DNA from: Spirochaetota bacterium
GTDB taxonomy: Bacteria; Spirochaetota; UBA4802; JAFGDQ01
Reading direction: 5' to 3'
Assembly: GCA_043803405.1 (NCBI GenBank)
Contig: JAZDKB010000015.1
Location: 64,001-128,000 of the forward strand
Length of the DNA stretch: 64,000 nucleotides
Under the pieces are notes generated by a model. The model did not search any database, was not told the origin of the DNA, and was given only the letters and a program-made list of their open reading frames with translations. Positions within the stretch are counted from its first letter, which is position 1; each line of letters opens with the position of its first letter. The position numbers and the translations under genes are program-made. This document shows positions 29,493 to 42,987 of this stretch, in pieces.

Positions 29493-30880
29493 AAATCAAA
29501 ATAATTTTTATTTGTGTCTTAATTTCTGTTATTAATATTTCCCTTTATGCACAAGTAAAGAAACCAGCGAAACAAACTGAGGACACATATATCCCTGAGT
29601 TTAGGGCAGAAGACAACATGAAGCCGCTAATTGCAACGCCAGAACCTTTCACAATAAGTTACGGCGGCTGGCTTACGACTGCAATAATTGATAGCAGAAG
29701 CGGAACCACAAGCTCAACATCTGAAATTATGTCTTCTGTAACCCTTGCCAGAGTTTGGTTAAAGACTACTCTGCCGTATAACAGCTATATTTATTTAAGA
29801 GGTAAAGACATATATACATATTATATAAAAGATGATGATTTGGATCTAGATAATGAAAACGACATAGACCTTGATGCAGGCTTTTTTTATATGTCCCTAT
29901 TAAAGAACAGCATTAATTATTCCGTAGGAAGAAAATTTTATTTGCTTGGAAGCGGGCTTGTTTTTAACGGCAGAGGGGATGGCGGAGAGTTTAACTTTTA
30001 TTCTAAATATGCTGATTTGATGGTTTTTGGCGCGTACACGGGGCTGCTCAGTAAAGAGACGAATCCGTATCGCCTTACTTCACAATATTTTACAAATGAA
30101 GAAAGCAAAGATGAAGGGAAAAGAATATTTGCAGGCGGCTTAATAAGCAAAACTTTTTTAAACCACACTTTATATCTTTTAGGTCTCTATCAAACCGATA
30201 AAAACGATGAACCGGACAATGCTAATACAAGCTATAATTCGCAGTATTACGGTTTAGGATTTAAAGGCGTTTTCAAAAATGCCTTCTACTATGGCGAATA
30301 TATAATAGAACGCGGGGAAAGCTTCACTAATTCCTCCGGCAGCAACGAAAAACAAAGCATAAAAGCATCGGCAGCAATACTCAGCATGAATTATTATTTT
30401 GATATAAAACTAAGTCCGGCAATTCTCCTGCAATATGCTTACGGATCGGGTGATTCCGATAAAGACAATCCGTCATCGCTAACAGGAAACACCAGATCCG
30501 ACGACAAAGGATTTATTTACTTCGGCAATTATTCTGGTGGCTACGGGCTAAGGCCATATCTTTCAAATATACATATTTACAGAGCAGGAGCGGCAATATC
30601 TCCTTTCAGCGATTTCAGCAATATCATCTTTAAAAGAATAAATATTTCAGCAATCTACTCAAATTATCAGAAAGATGTTTCAAACAAAGGAATCAATGAA
30701 GGCGAAGCTACAGAACCAAATAAAGATTTGGGGCATGGCTTCGATCTTGGACTTGCATGGCAAATCTATTCCGACCTCTCATTCTTTGGAAATTTCGGAT
30801 TGTTTATACCCGGATCAGCATACGCATCCGGAGAAAAGAACAGAACATTTATTATGGCCGGAATCAATTTGTCGTTCTAA
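29489..30880 (+). CDS. Outer-membrane beta-barrel protein (alginate export / porin-like)
   Basis: Signal peptide, alternating aromatic strands, YAYGSGD, DLGHGFD, C-terminal GINLSF; GTG start overlaps the upstream stop. Confidence 0.75.
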   Translation: MKIKIIFICVLISVINISLYAQVKKPAKQTEDTYIPEFRAEDNMKPLIATPEPFTISYGGWLTTAIIDSRSGTTSSTSEIMSSVTLARVWLKTTLPYNSYIYLRGKDIYTYYIKDDDLDLDNENDIDLDAGFFYMSLLKNSINYSVGRKFYLLGSGLVFNGRGDGGEFNFYSKYADLMVFGAYTGLLSKETNPYRLTSQYFTNEESKDEGKRIFAGGLISKTFLNHTLYLLGLYQTDKNDEPDNANTSYNSQYYGLGFKGVFKNAFYYGEYIIERGESFTNSSGSNEKQSIKASAAILSMNYYFDIKLSPAILLQYAYGSGDSDKDNPSSLTGNTRSDDKGFIYFGNYSGGYGLRPYLSNIHIYRAGAAISPFSDFSNIIFKRINISAIYSNYQKDVSNKGINEGEATEPNKDLGHGFDLGLAWQIYSDLSFFGNFGLFIPGSAYASGEKNRTFIMAGINLSF

Positions 30881-30903
30881 TAATTTTTGTTACTTAAATT
30901 TAC

Positions 30904-30927
30904 AAAAGCCGGCATACACCGGCTTTT
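30904..30927. terminator. Probable bidirectional intrinsic terminator
   Basis: AAAAGCCGG-CATACA-CCGGCTTTT between convergent genes. Confidence 0.7.
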
Positions 30928-30970
30928 ATTTTGCAAAAACTTAAATTAGATTTTCAACAGTAAAAACAAA

Positions 30971-33583
30971 TTATTTGCTCGTCATTTTATAAACGCCGTC
31001 CCAGTCTTTTGAAGGAGGCCTTCTGATATATTTCTCGCATCTTTCAATATAATACAAGGAAGGTCCGTCATCCTTAACTATTTTTAAACCCTGCTGGAAA
31101 TATGAAATTGCGCCTTTCCAGTCTCTCTTTGCGAAATACTCCTGAGCCTTATTATATTTTTCCATCATTGCATACATTTTATCCGGGAGCTTGTCTTTCT
31201 CTCCAAGGAGTTCATAAATAACAATAGGTTCATCCTTGCCCACAACCCTTATGGTATCGAGCCTGCGAACATCAATTAAATCCTTTACAGAATCGTATGT
31301 AGAACCACTGATCATAGCATAAGTGCTGTACACTTTATTAACTCCCTCAAGGCGCGAAGCGAGATTTACTGCATCACCCATCGCAGTATAGCCCATTTGA
31401 GTGTTTGAACCCATATTCCCGACAACCGCTTTCCCTGAGTTCATTCCCATTCGCACATATAAAACATCTTTATTGTTTTTTTTCCACACTTCCTGCATTT
31501 CTCTTAAACGCTTCTTCATATCAATGGCAGCCATACAGCATCTGCGGGCGTGATCTTCATAAGGAAGAGGCGCTCCGTAAAAAGCCATTATAGCATCACC
31601 AATATACTTATCAACAGTGCCGTTATGCGACAAAATTATATTAGTCATTTCAGATAAATATTCATTAAGCAGGTTGACAAGTTCCGGCGGAGTCAGCTTC
31701 TCGGAAATCGTAGAAAACTTAGCGATATCTGAAAAGAAAATGGAAATAGTCTGCTCTTCACCGCCAAGTTCCAGAGCTTTGGGGCTTTCTATTATTTTAT
31801 CAATAACCGCCGGGGCAAGGTAACGTGAGAATGCGTTTTTAATATAGCGTTTCTGGCCTTCCTCCTTCATCAGCTTCATACCTGCAATTACGAAAGACGG
31901 CAATAATACGGCAAGGCTTCCGCCAAGCTGATCGAACCAGATATTAAATAATCCGAATAAAGAAATATTTATAAAATTATAAATAATTATTCCTGCTACA
32001 ATTGCCAGCAAAGACAGTTTGGCCTTTAACCGCTGAACAACAATACCCATAACTAAAGCCAGCAGGAGTATTATAAATAGATTTACGGGCTTATTTATCT
32101 TCACAATGAAAGACTCATTTAAAATCGTATTTACTATATTATGATATGTACCGACCATCCAATATTCGTTATTAATAGGGATAGCTCCGATATCCTGAGT
32201 GCCTGTAGCGACAAGACCAGCCAGGCATACTTTATCCCTTAGATTCTCAACAGAATGAACAATATCTATACCCTTTAAATAATTTTCAAGTCCTTTCAAA
32301 TATTCAAGCAGGTCGGCATTTTTGCCCTTTTTTAATTTTTCTTTAGTGCTTTCTATTTCCTTAACATAAACAGACTTGTAACCCTGCTCTATTTTACGTA
32401 TTTTGTTATTGATCTCATCTATTCTCGACCTGGTATTTTTCTTATCTTTGAGATCCAGTTCGTCGAATTCATTATAAAGCTTTTCCAGTTCTCCGTAAAG
32501 TTTGCTTCTTTCTTTTGACCCGGATAATATCTCCTGTTCATCAAAGAAGTCATCTATTTCTTTTTTTATACCTGGATATTCAAGCAAAGCATAAAAAGGA
32601 ATGTGCTCAAAAGACTGCAGATACGGACCTTTCCCTGCCCAGTTGACAAACATCTTGCCTTCGTTATCAATAGGGATATATATATCTTTCTTTTCATAAG
32701 TAATAGGATTCACGGCGTTCTTTAAAATTATGCTATCTCCGACATTAACAATTACATTTTCTTTTTCAACACCGCAAATATCCATCAGCATAACGAGCCC
32801 AAGATCGAAATATATTCTTCCGTCGAAAAACCGTACCAGTCTTTTTTTTCTTGCAACACCGTCTGCATCAAACTCGCTATCTGTGAAACCGAACCTGTAT
32901 GCGCTATAAATAATCTTGGGAATCGGAACAGCTATATCAATTATGCTCGTATCAGTTAAAGAGCTGTAATCTTTTAATTTATCCTTCGGTACCGGTAATG
33001 ATGCAATTGACCTGAATAACTCATGAGATTTCCTGATCTCTTCTCTTTCTTCTTCGCTTATATTATAATATTGAATTTTATCTTTCTGGAAATGATAAGG
33101 AATAATTGCTTTTCGGAAATTCTTAATCTCTTTTGCAAAAATATTGTCATTGTCTAAAACTATCCTGGACAGGTCATCTTTGCTTATTCTCGTTTTTTCG
33201 GATTTTACCCTAAGCCTGTTCAGTATATCCATATCAACCTGTTTTGGCGAAGGATCGGGAAATTCCATGTCAAACGTTACCTGTCTCGCGCCTACATTTT
33301 TTAAAATTGAAAGCGCATTTGCATAATAATATCTCGGCCATGGATACTTTCCTACATTGTTAATACTTTGGTCGTCAATGTCGATAAATTTCAGATAATT
33401 CCATTCTTTAATATTAGGCTTTAATTTAAATCTGATATCATATAACCTTAATTCGAATGTATTATATAAGTCAGTAAAGCTGAACAGCATAATAAAAACA
33501 AATGTTATACATGCTATAACAGCTCCGGAAAATCCTTTTTTTTCAATATAGTCCTGTAGCTTTTTAAGAATATTTATATACAT
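30971..33583 (-). CDS. CHASE2-domain class III adenylate cyclase
   Basis: IDIDD, YPWPR, DADGVAR (CHASE2); three TM segments; FFSDIAKFS, DKYIGDAIMA, YTAMGDAVNLASRLEG; TPR-like tail ending WDGVY. Confidence 0.92.
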   Translation of the reverse strand: MYINILKKLQDYIEKKGFSGAVIACITFVFIMLFSFTDLYNTFELRLYDIRFKLKPNIKEWNYLKFIDIDDQSINNVGKYPWPRYYYANALSILKNVGARQVTFDMEFPDPSPKQVDMDILNRLRVKSEKTRISKDDLSRIVLDNDNIFAKEIKNFRKAIIPYHFQKDKIQYYNISEEEREEIRKSHELFRSIASLPVPKDKLKDYSSLTDTSIIDIAVPIPKIIYSAYRFGFTDSEFDADGVARKKRLVRFFDGRIYFDLGLVMLMDICGVEKENVIVNVGDSIILKNAVNPITYEKKDIYIPIDNEGKMFVNWAGKGPYLQSFEHIPFYALLEYPGIKKEIDDFFDEQEILSGSKERSKLYGELEKLYNEFDELDLKDKKNTRSRIDEINNKIRKIEQGYKSVYVKEIESTKEKLKKGKNADLLEYLKGLENYLKGIDIVHSVENLRDKVCLAGLVATGTQDIGAIPINNEYWMVGTYHNIVNTILNESFIVKINKPVNLFIILLLALVMGIVVQRLKAKLSLLAIVAGIIIYNFINISLFGLFNIWFDQLGGSLAVLLPSFVIAGMKLMKEEGQKRYIKNAFSRYLAPAVIDKIIESPKALELGGEEQTISIFFSDIAKFSTISEKLTPPELVNLLNEYLSEMTNIILSHNGTVDKYIGDAIMAFYGAPLPYEDHARRCCMAAIDMKKRLREMQEVWKKNNKDVLYVRMGMNSGKAVVGNMGSNTQMGYTAMGDAVNLASRLEGVNKVYSTYAMISGSTYDSVKDLIDVRRLDTIRVVGKDEPIVIYELLGEKDKLPDKMYAMMEKYNKAQEYFAKRDWKGAISYFQQGLKIVKDDGPSLYYIERCEKYIRRPPSKDWDGVYKMTSK

Positions 33584-33842
33584 TTGAATTTCCTTTTACT
33601 TAATATTAATAATATTGAGCAAATATGTTTCTGTTTGTTTATCACAACTATTAAACTGCTCTGCTTTTTATTTAAACATTAATGCCATATACGATTTTTT
33701 CGTTTAATGTAAACTTAATAATATTTATAATTAGTCTCACGTCGTGTTAGACATTAATATTATGCGCTGTTTCCTTTATAATCTGAAAAAAAAAACGATC
33801 TTAGAGGAATTTAATATTTCCTTAAAAAACTCATACATTTCG

Positions 33843-34928
33843 TTAAACATTAAAAAGATAATGAATAATATCGCCGTCCTTTACTAAGTAGGTTTTTCCT
33901 TCGGAACGCAACCTGCCGCTCTCTCTTATTTTATGTTCTGAACCGGCAGCTTTTAAATCTTCATAATGGCAAACCTCGGCGCGGATAAGTCCCCTTGCAA
34001 AATCCGTGTGGATCTTTCCGGCTGCAGCAAGCGCGTTAGTGCCTTCTTTAACTGTCCATGCCTGCAAATCTGTTGCTGCAGTATAGTATGTGATCAATCT
34101 AAGCAGTTTATATGAAACCTCTATAAGCCTGACAAGACCGGACTCAGTTAATCCCATTGCACTTAGATATTCCTGTCTTTCATCTTTTGACAATTCGGAA
34201 ATTTCTTCTTCAAGTTTACCTGCAAGTGGCATAAACTCTGAATTAATCTTTACAGCATGAGCTTTAACATCCTTAACTGCATTGCTTTCAAAATTTTCTT
34301 CATCCGTATTAGCCAGATATAAAACCGGTTTTGCTGTAATTAATCCATATTCTATGATTATTTCAATCTCATTTTTATCAAACTCAAAGGCGTTTAATAG
34401 TTTCCCTTCGTTTAAATGCTGAATAAATTTTTTCATTATTTCGACTCTTGCCTGGGCACTATTATCGCCGGACGCGGCTAACTTTGAGATTTTCTCTTTT
34501 GCTCTTTCCAATACAGCCATATCCGCAAGACAAAGCTCTGTGTTAATTATTTCAATATCGCGTATCGGATCTATATCACCTGCAACATGAATAACATCTT
34601 CTGATTTGAAACACCTTACGCAGTGGATCAACGCATCAACATTCCGAATATTATCTAAAAATTTATTACCCAGACCTTCGCCTTTTGAAGCTCCTTTTAC
34701 TAATCCGGCAACATCAATAAATTCGATTTTTGTGGGAATAGGATTTTCTTTTTTTAAAATTTTGGCAATATCTGATAATCTTTCATCAGGTACAATAACA
34801 ATGCCTTTGTTGGGTTCAATAGTACAGAAAGGATAATTTGCCATCTGGGCACCTGCCCCGGATAATGCGTTAAATATTGTTGATTTCCCAACATTAGGAA
34901 GACCGATTATTCCGCAGTTAAAGCCCAT
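33843..34928 (-). CDS. ychF: Redox-regulated ATPase YchF
   Basis: GLPNVGKST, NYPFCTIEPN, DVAGLVKGASKGEGLGNKFL, AAGKIHTDF; ATG at 34928. Confidence 0.96.
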   Translation of the reverse strand: MGFNCGIIGLPNVGKSTIFNALSGAGAQMANYPFCTIEPNKGIVIVPDERLSDIAKILKKENPIPTKIEFIDVAGLVKGASKGEGLGNKFLDNIRNVDALIHCVRCFKSEDVIHVAGDIDPIRDIEIINTELCLADMAVLERAKEKISKLAASGDNSAQARVEIMKKFIQHLNEGKLLNAFEFDKNEIEIIIEYGLITAKPVLYLANTDEENFESNAVKDVKAHAVKINSEFMPLAGKLEEEISELSKDERQEYLSAMGLTESGLVRLIEVSYKLLRLITYYTAATDLQAWTVKEGTNALAAAGKIHTDFARGLIRAEVCHYEDLKAAGSEHKIRESGRLRSEGKTYLVKDGDIIHYLFNV

Positions 34929-35050
34929 TGTTTTATCCAAAAATAATAAACTCGATAATTAATTATCGAAACAATTTTGTTAGTCTATTAAAATTATTCT
35001 TCTATATTATTTTTCGTACTATTTATCTTGGTTTGCAAGCAATTTATTAA

Positions 35051-35134
35051 ACACAGATGAACACGGATAAATATAGATAAAAAATATATAATTCTTTTAA
35101 TTTTTAATCCGTGTTTATCTGTGTTCATCCGTGA
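35051..35134. repeat. Inverted pair of tandem 10-bp repeat tracts
   Basis: ACACAGATGA-ACACGGATAA-ATATAGATAA, 24-nt AT-rich spacer, TAATCCGTGT-TTATCTGTGT-TCATCCGTGA. Confidence 0.75.
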
Positions 35135-35154
35135 TTAATTTTTTATAATTAATT

Positions 35155-35191
35155 AAAAAAGCCCGAGCCGGTTACCCGGTTCGGGCTTTTT
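35155..35191 (-). terminator. Intrinsic terminator of the rRNA operon
   Basis: AAAAAA-GCCCGAGCCGG-TTAC-CCGGTTCGGGC-TTTTT, directly after the 23S 3' end. Confidence 0.85.
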
Positions 35192-35196
35192 ATAAT

Positions 35197-38204
<3,008 letters not shown>

Positions 38205-38330
38205 ATATTATTTGGCCTGTTGTTACCAACAAGCATGACGCTCGATAATTCTTGTATTTTGCAACGTTTGTTCTAGATTTAGACTGTTTTAAAAGATCTA
38301 TGCGTAATACTGAATTTCAGTATTCGCATT

Positions 38331-38403
38331 TGGAGGTGAACGGGATCGAACCGTCGACCTACTGCGTGCAAGGCAGTCGCTCTCCCAGCTGAGCTACACC
38401 CCC
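38331..38403 (-). tRNA. tRNA-Ala(UGC), CCA not encoded
   Basis: GGGGGTGTAGCTCAG...ACTGC-CT-TGC-AC-GCAGT...GTTCGATC...CACCTCCA. Confidence 0.96.
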
Positions 38404-38430
38404 TCTATTCAAGAAATTAATCTTAAATAT

Positions 38431-38504
38431 TGGGCCTGAGTGGAGTCGAACCACCGACCTCGTCCTTATCAGGGACGCGCTCTAACCAGCTGAGCTACAG
38501 GCCC
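38431..38504 (-). tRNA. tRNA-Ile(GAU), CCA not encoded
   Basis: GGGCCTGTAGCTCAG...CGTCC-CT-GAT-AA-GGACG...GTTCGACTCC...CAGGCCCA. Confidence 0.96.
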
Positions 38505-38653
38505 TTTCTCGGATTAAAAAATTTTTAACATTAAAATTGAATCCGGCCTATAGCGCACCTATTTTCTGTTTAGAATTTTTTAGGGTCAAAGGTTTTCTCA
38601 AAACTAAGCAGTATTATTTGTTGAAAGATTCCATAGTTTTTGAAGCTCCTTTT

Positions 38654-40204
<1,551 letters not shown>

Positions 40205-40400
40205 AGAATTTTTGATTTCTTAGTAAAAATTGACAAAAAAATGTTCGCGTACAGAACCATTCAAATTTAATACTGCTTAGTTTTCAAAAAACTTTGACAT
40301 GAGGACAAAAAAATCCCCCGTCCATCCTTTCTGGGAATCTAAATAAAAATTAAAGTCTTAATTTCAAATTAAGAACTAATATTTATTGATTTACGTCCCT

Positions 40401-40429
40401 AAGATATCAATGGTGGTATAAATCGTCAA
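40401..40429 (-). promoter_or_regulatory. Sigma70-type rRNA operon promoter
   Basis: Minus strand TTGACG-17 nt-TATCTT with TGn extended -10, AT-rich upstream tract, about 200 nt before the 16S. Confidence 0.7.
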
Positions 40430-40645
40430 CAGATTTTTATTTTTTTTATTATTTTTATCTGTTTGTTTAACAATCACTAAAATATTCTTAATAAGCTATC
40501 GGCTTATTATAATTTTTAATTTATATATTTTAAAATAACTTGTTAAACTGATTATCACAACCGACTTTCAGTGCTTATTTGTAAAAACAATCACTGAATG
40601 ATTGTGACAATAGATAGATATTACTTATTTTTTGCAACAACTTTA

Positions 40646-41692
40646 TTAAAATAATTTAAAAAATTCTACAATATATAAATTTATAATATCTTTATTGTTT
40701 AAAATGATTATATTCTCGTCATTTTTCTCGTTTGCGTTCCTGGAAAAATTATAAGATCCTGTGATTAATAATTTTTTATCTATTATAATCACTTTATGAT
40801 GCATTCTATATTTATTTTTATCAAGTTTAACATTAATACCTTCAAGTTGCAGTTTTATATATTCCGAATCCCTGGTATTTGAGCCAATTTTTTCAATAAT
40901 ACCGCTGACTTTTATGCCACTCTTTTTTAAAGCAATCATTGCATCTGCTATTTTATCGCTCGTAAATGAAAATGCCATAAAATATACTGATTCCTTTGCT
41001 TTTTTTAATCTTTCAAGTATTATTCTTTCTATATTATCATCCGGAGAAAAATAAACATTAATATCAGTATGATTAATTTTTACATAATATTTATTTCGAA
41101 AAGAAGGGAAAACCCCATATTCCCTTTTATTGCCGAATATTTTATTCACGAACATTTCATTAAATTCATTCAAATAAATATTCGCAACATCGGGTGAATT
41201 AATTTCAATTGCATTATTATTATTTTTATATTCATCGTTATATGTCAAATTATATGATCCGGTCCAGACAATTCTTCCGTCAATTACTGCAAATTTATTA
41301 TGCATCAGCCCCTTTTTTCTGTCTGTTACAATTTCAATTCCAGCACTCACAAGCTCTTTTATTTCTTTTTTTCTATAATTATCTTTTTCAATGACCAGTT
41401 TTACGTCTATGCCTTTTTTATGCGCGATCAGAAGTTCATCAATAATAGGCTTTGAATTAATGTCAAAAAATGCTCCATAAAAACTTTTCCTTGCATTCTT
41501 GATATTTCGTATAAACGCTCTTTCAGGAGTTTCTGATTTTAAAGATGCATTTGTTTTTTTTTCAGGTGATGTAAAATATACATTCCACCAGTTTTCGCTG
41601 AATGCTGTTTTCAAAGAAAACATCCAGAATATGAAAAAAATAAAGCTCAATATTCTGTAAGTATACTTTTTGAAAATTATATATTTATTCAT
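40646..41692 (-). CDS. Phospholipase D superfamily protein (two HKD motifs)
   Basis: HNKFAVID...TGSYN and HHKVIIID...TGSYN; N-terminal hydrophobic anchor. Confidence 0.9.
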   Translation of the reverse strand: MNKYIIFKKYTYRILSFIFFIFWMFSLKTAFSENWWNVYFTSPEKKTNASLKSETPERAFIRNIKNARKSFYGAFFDINSKPIIDELLIAHKKGIDVKLVIEKDNYRKKEIKELVSAGIEIVTDRKKGLMHNKFAVIDGRIVWTGSYNLTYNDEYKNNNNAIEINSPDVANIYLNEFNEMFVNKIFGNKREYGVFPSFRNKYYVKINHTDINVYFSPDDNIERIILERLKKAKESVYFMAFSFTSDKIADAMIALKKSGIKVSGIIEKIGSNTRDSEYIKLQLEGINVKLDKNKYRMHHKVIIIDKKLLITGSYNFSRNANEKNDENIIILNNKDIINLYIVEFFKLF

Positions 41693-41729
41693 AATATTAT
41701 GCGGGAATTCATGAATTATAAATTTTATT

Positions 41730-42686
41730 TTAAGAATGGAGTTTATCTTTCATTTCAAAAAGCAGGTTTTCATATTCCGTCAGCATTAATAGCTCTTCCT
41801 GTTTGCTAAACAATAATTTTACTTTTGCCAAAAGAGTGCTGTAAGACGAGACTTTATGGATGTCATTAATTTCAGTGATAAGTCTCCTGATTTCATTGTC
41901 ATTTTTATTAAGTAAATTAATATAAAATCTGAAGGCATCTGCCTGCGCTTCAAGTTTAGGTCGGGCTTTTTCAATCTCATCATCCGGTTCTTTCGCATTA
42001 AGCATTGTTTCAATGTAACGAAGCATGTATTCGGCTTCGAGAGAAGAAATATCAAAATCAAGAAGTATTTGATTAACGTTGGATAAGGCTAATCTTTTAA
42101 GATGAATTTTAGCTAAAAATACGGGATTATTTGACATAATATTAAGATTTTTATCAACCGAAGTAATATCGCTGACTCCTTTATCCTTTTCTTCCTCGTT
42201 TTCCAAAGTTTCATTATCTATACCTGTTTGTATGATTATTACAGATGGGCATCTGTTTTTTATTACTACTATTTCATTTTTTGACACACTCTTATCCAGC
42301 ACTATATAATTAAATGCTATACCGCTTTCAATATCATGCACAAGATTATATATATTGGAAATTTTTAAAACTCTTATAGGTATAAGATCAAGGATATCAT
42401 CATTCTTTAAAAATAAATATTTTCTTTTTTTATAAGGAATATCTTCATAAGGAATTACAATTTCCCCATTTCTTATTTTATAAAAAATGAGTTCGGTATC
42501 GGATTTTAATACAGGATCGAGGTATTTTCCGAAAAAAGCAATAACCGGTACTTTGTGCAAAACATTTCCACCGGTCTCATTTGTATAAATTACACTGCCG
42601 CTTTTGTCAAAAGCTGTATATTCCCAGCTCTTCAATATAACTTTAATAGTAATACCGGATGGTGTTTTTTCTTCGATATAATCCAT
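41730..42686 (-). CDS. Hypothetical protein
   Basis: 318-aa ORF with AGGA RBS; no motif recognised. Confidence 0.6.
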   Translation of the reverse strand: MDYIEEKTPSGITIKVILKSWEYTAFDKSGSVIYTNETGGNVLHKVPVIAFFGKYLDPVLKSDTELIFYKIRNGEIVIPYEDIPYKKRKYLFLKNDDILDLIPIRVLKISNIYNLVHDIESGIAFNYIVLDKSVSKNEIVVIKNRCPSVIIIQTGIDNETLENEEEKDKGVSDITSVDKNLNIMSNNPVFLAKIHLKRLALSNVNQILLDFDISSLEAEYMLRYIETMLNAKEPDDEIEKARPKLEAQADAFRFYINLLNKNDNEIRRLITEINDIHKVSSYSTLLAKVKLLFSKQEELLMLTEYENLLFEMKDKLHS

Positions 42687-42987
42687 GATTCCTGTTTAAA
42701 CGAAAGAGTTCTTTTTTGTATAAAAATTATAACGATAAAATATTATAAAATCCAACAAATTTTGTAATTATTAAAAATAATTTTTATCTTAAAAATCAAT
42801 CCTTTTTTAATTAAAATTCAAAGATTATAACCTATACTACATAATAAGTTTAAAATATTTACTGCTTAATCAAGCCTGTCATTATCTTAAAATAAAATAT
42901 TTGACAATAGCTAGTCATGATGAAATGAAAAACAATTACCTCTATTTATATAATTATGAAAACAATTCCAGTAGTTGTGCGGAGATA

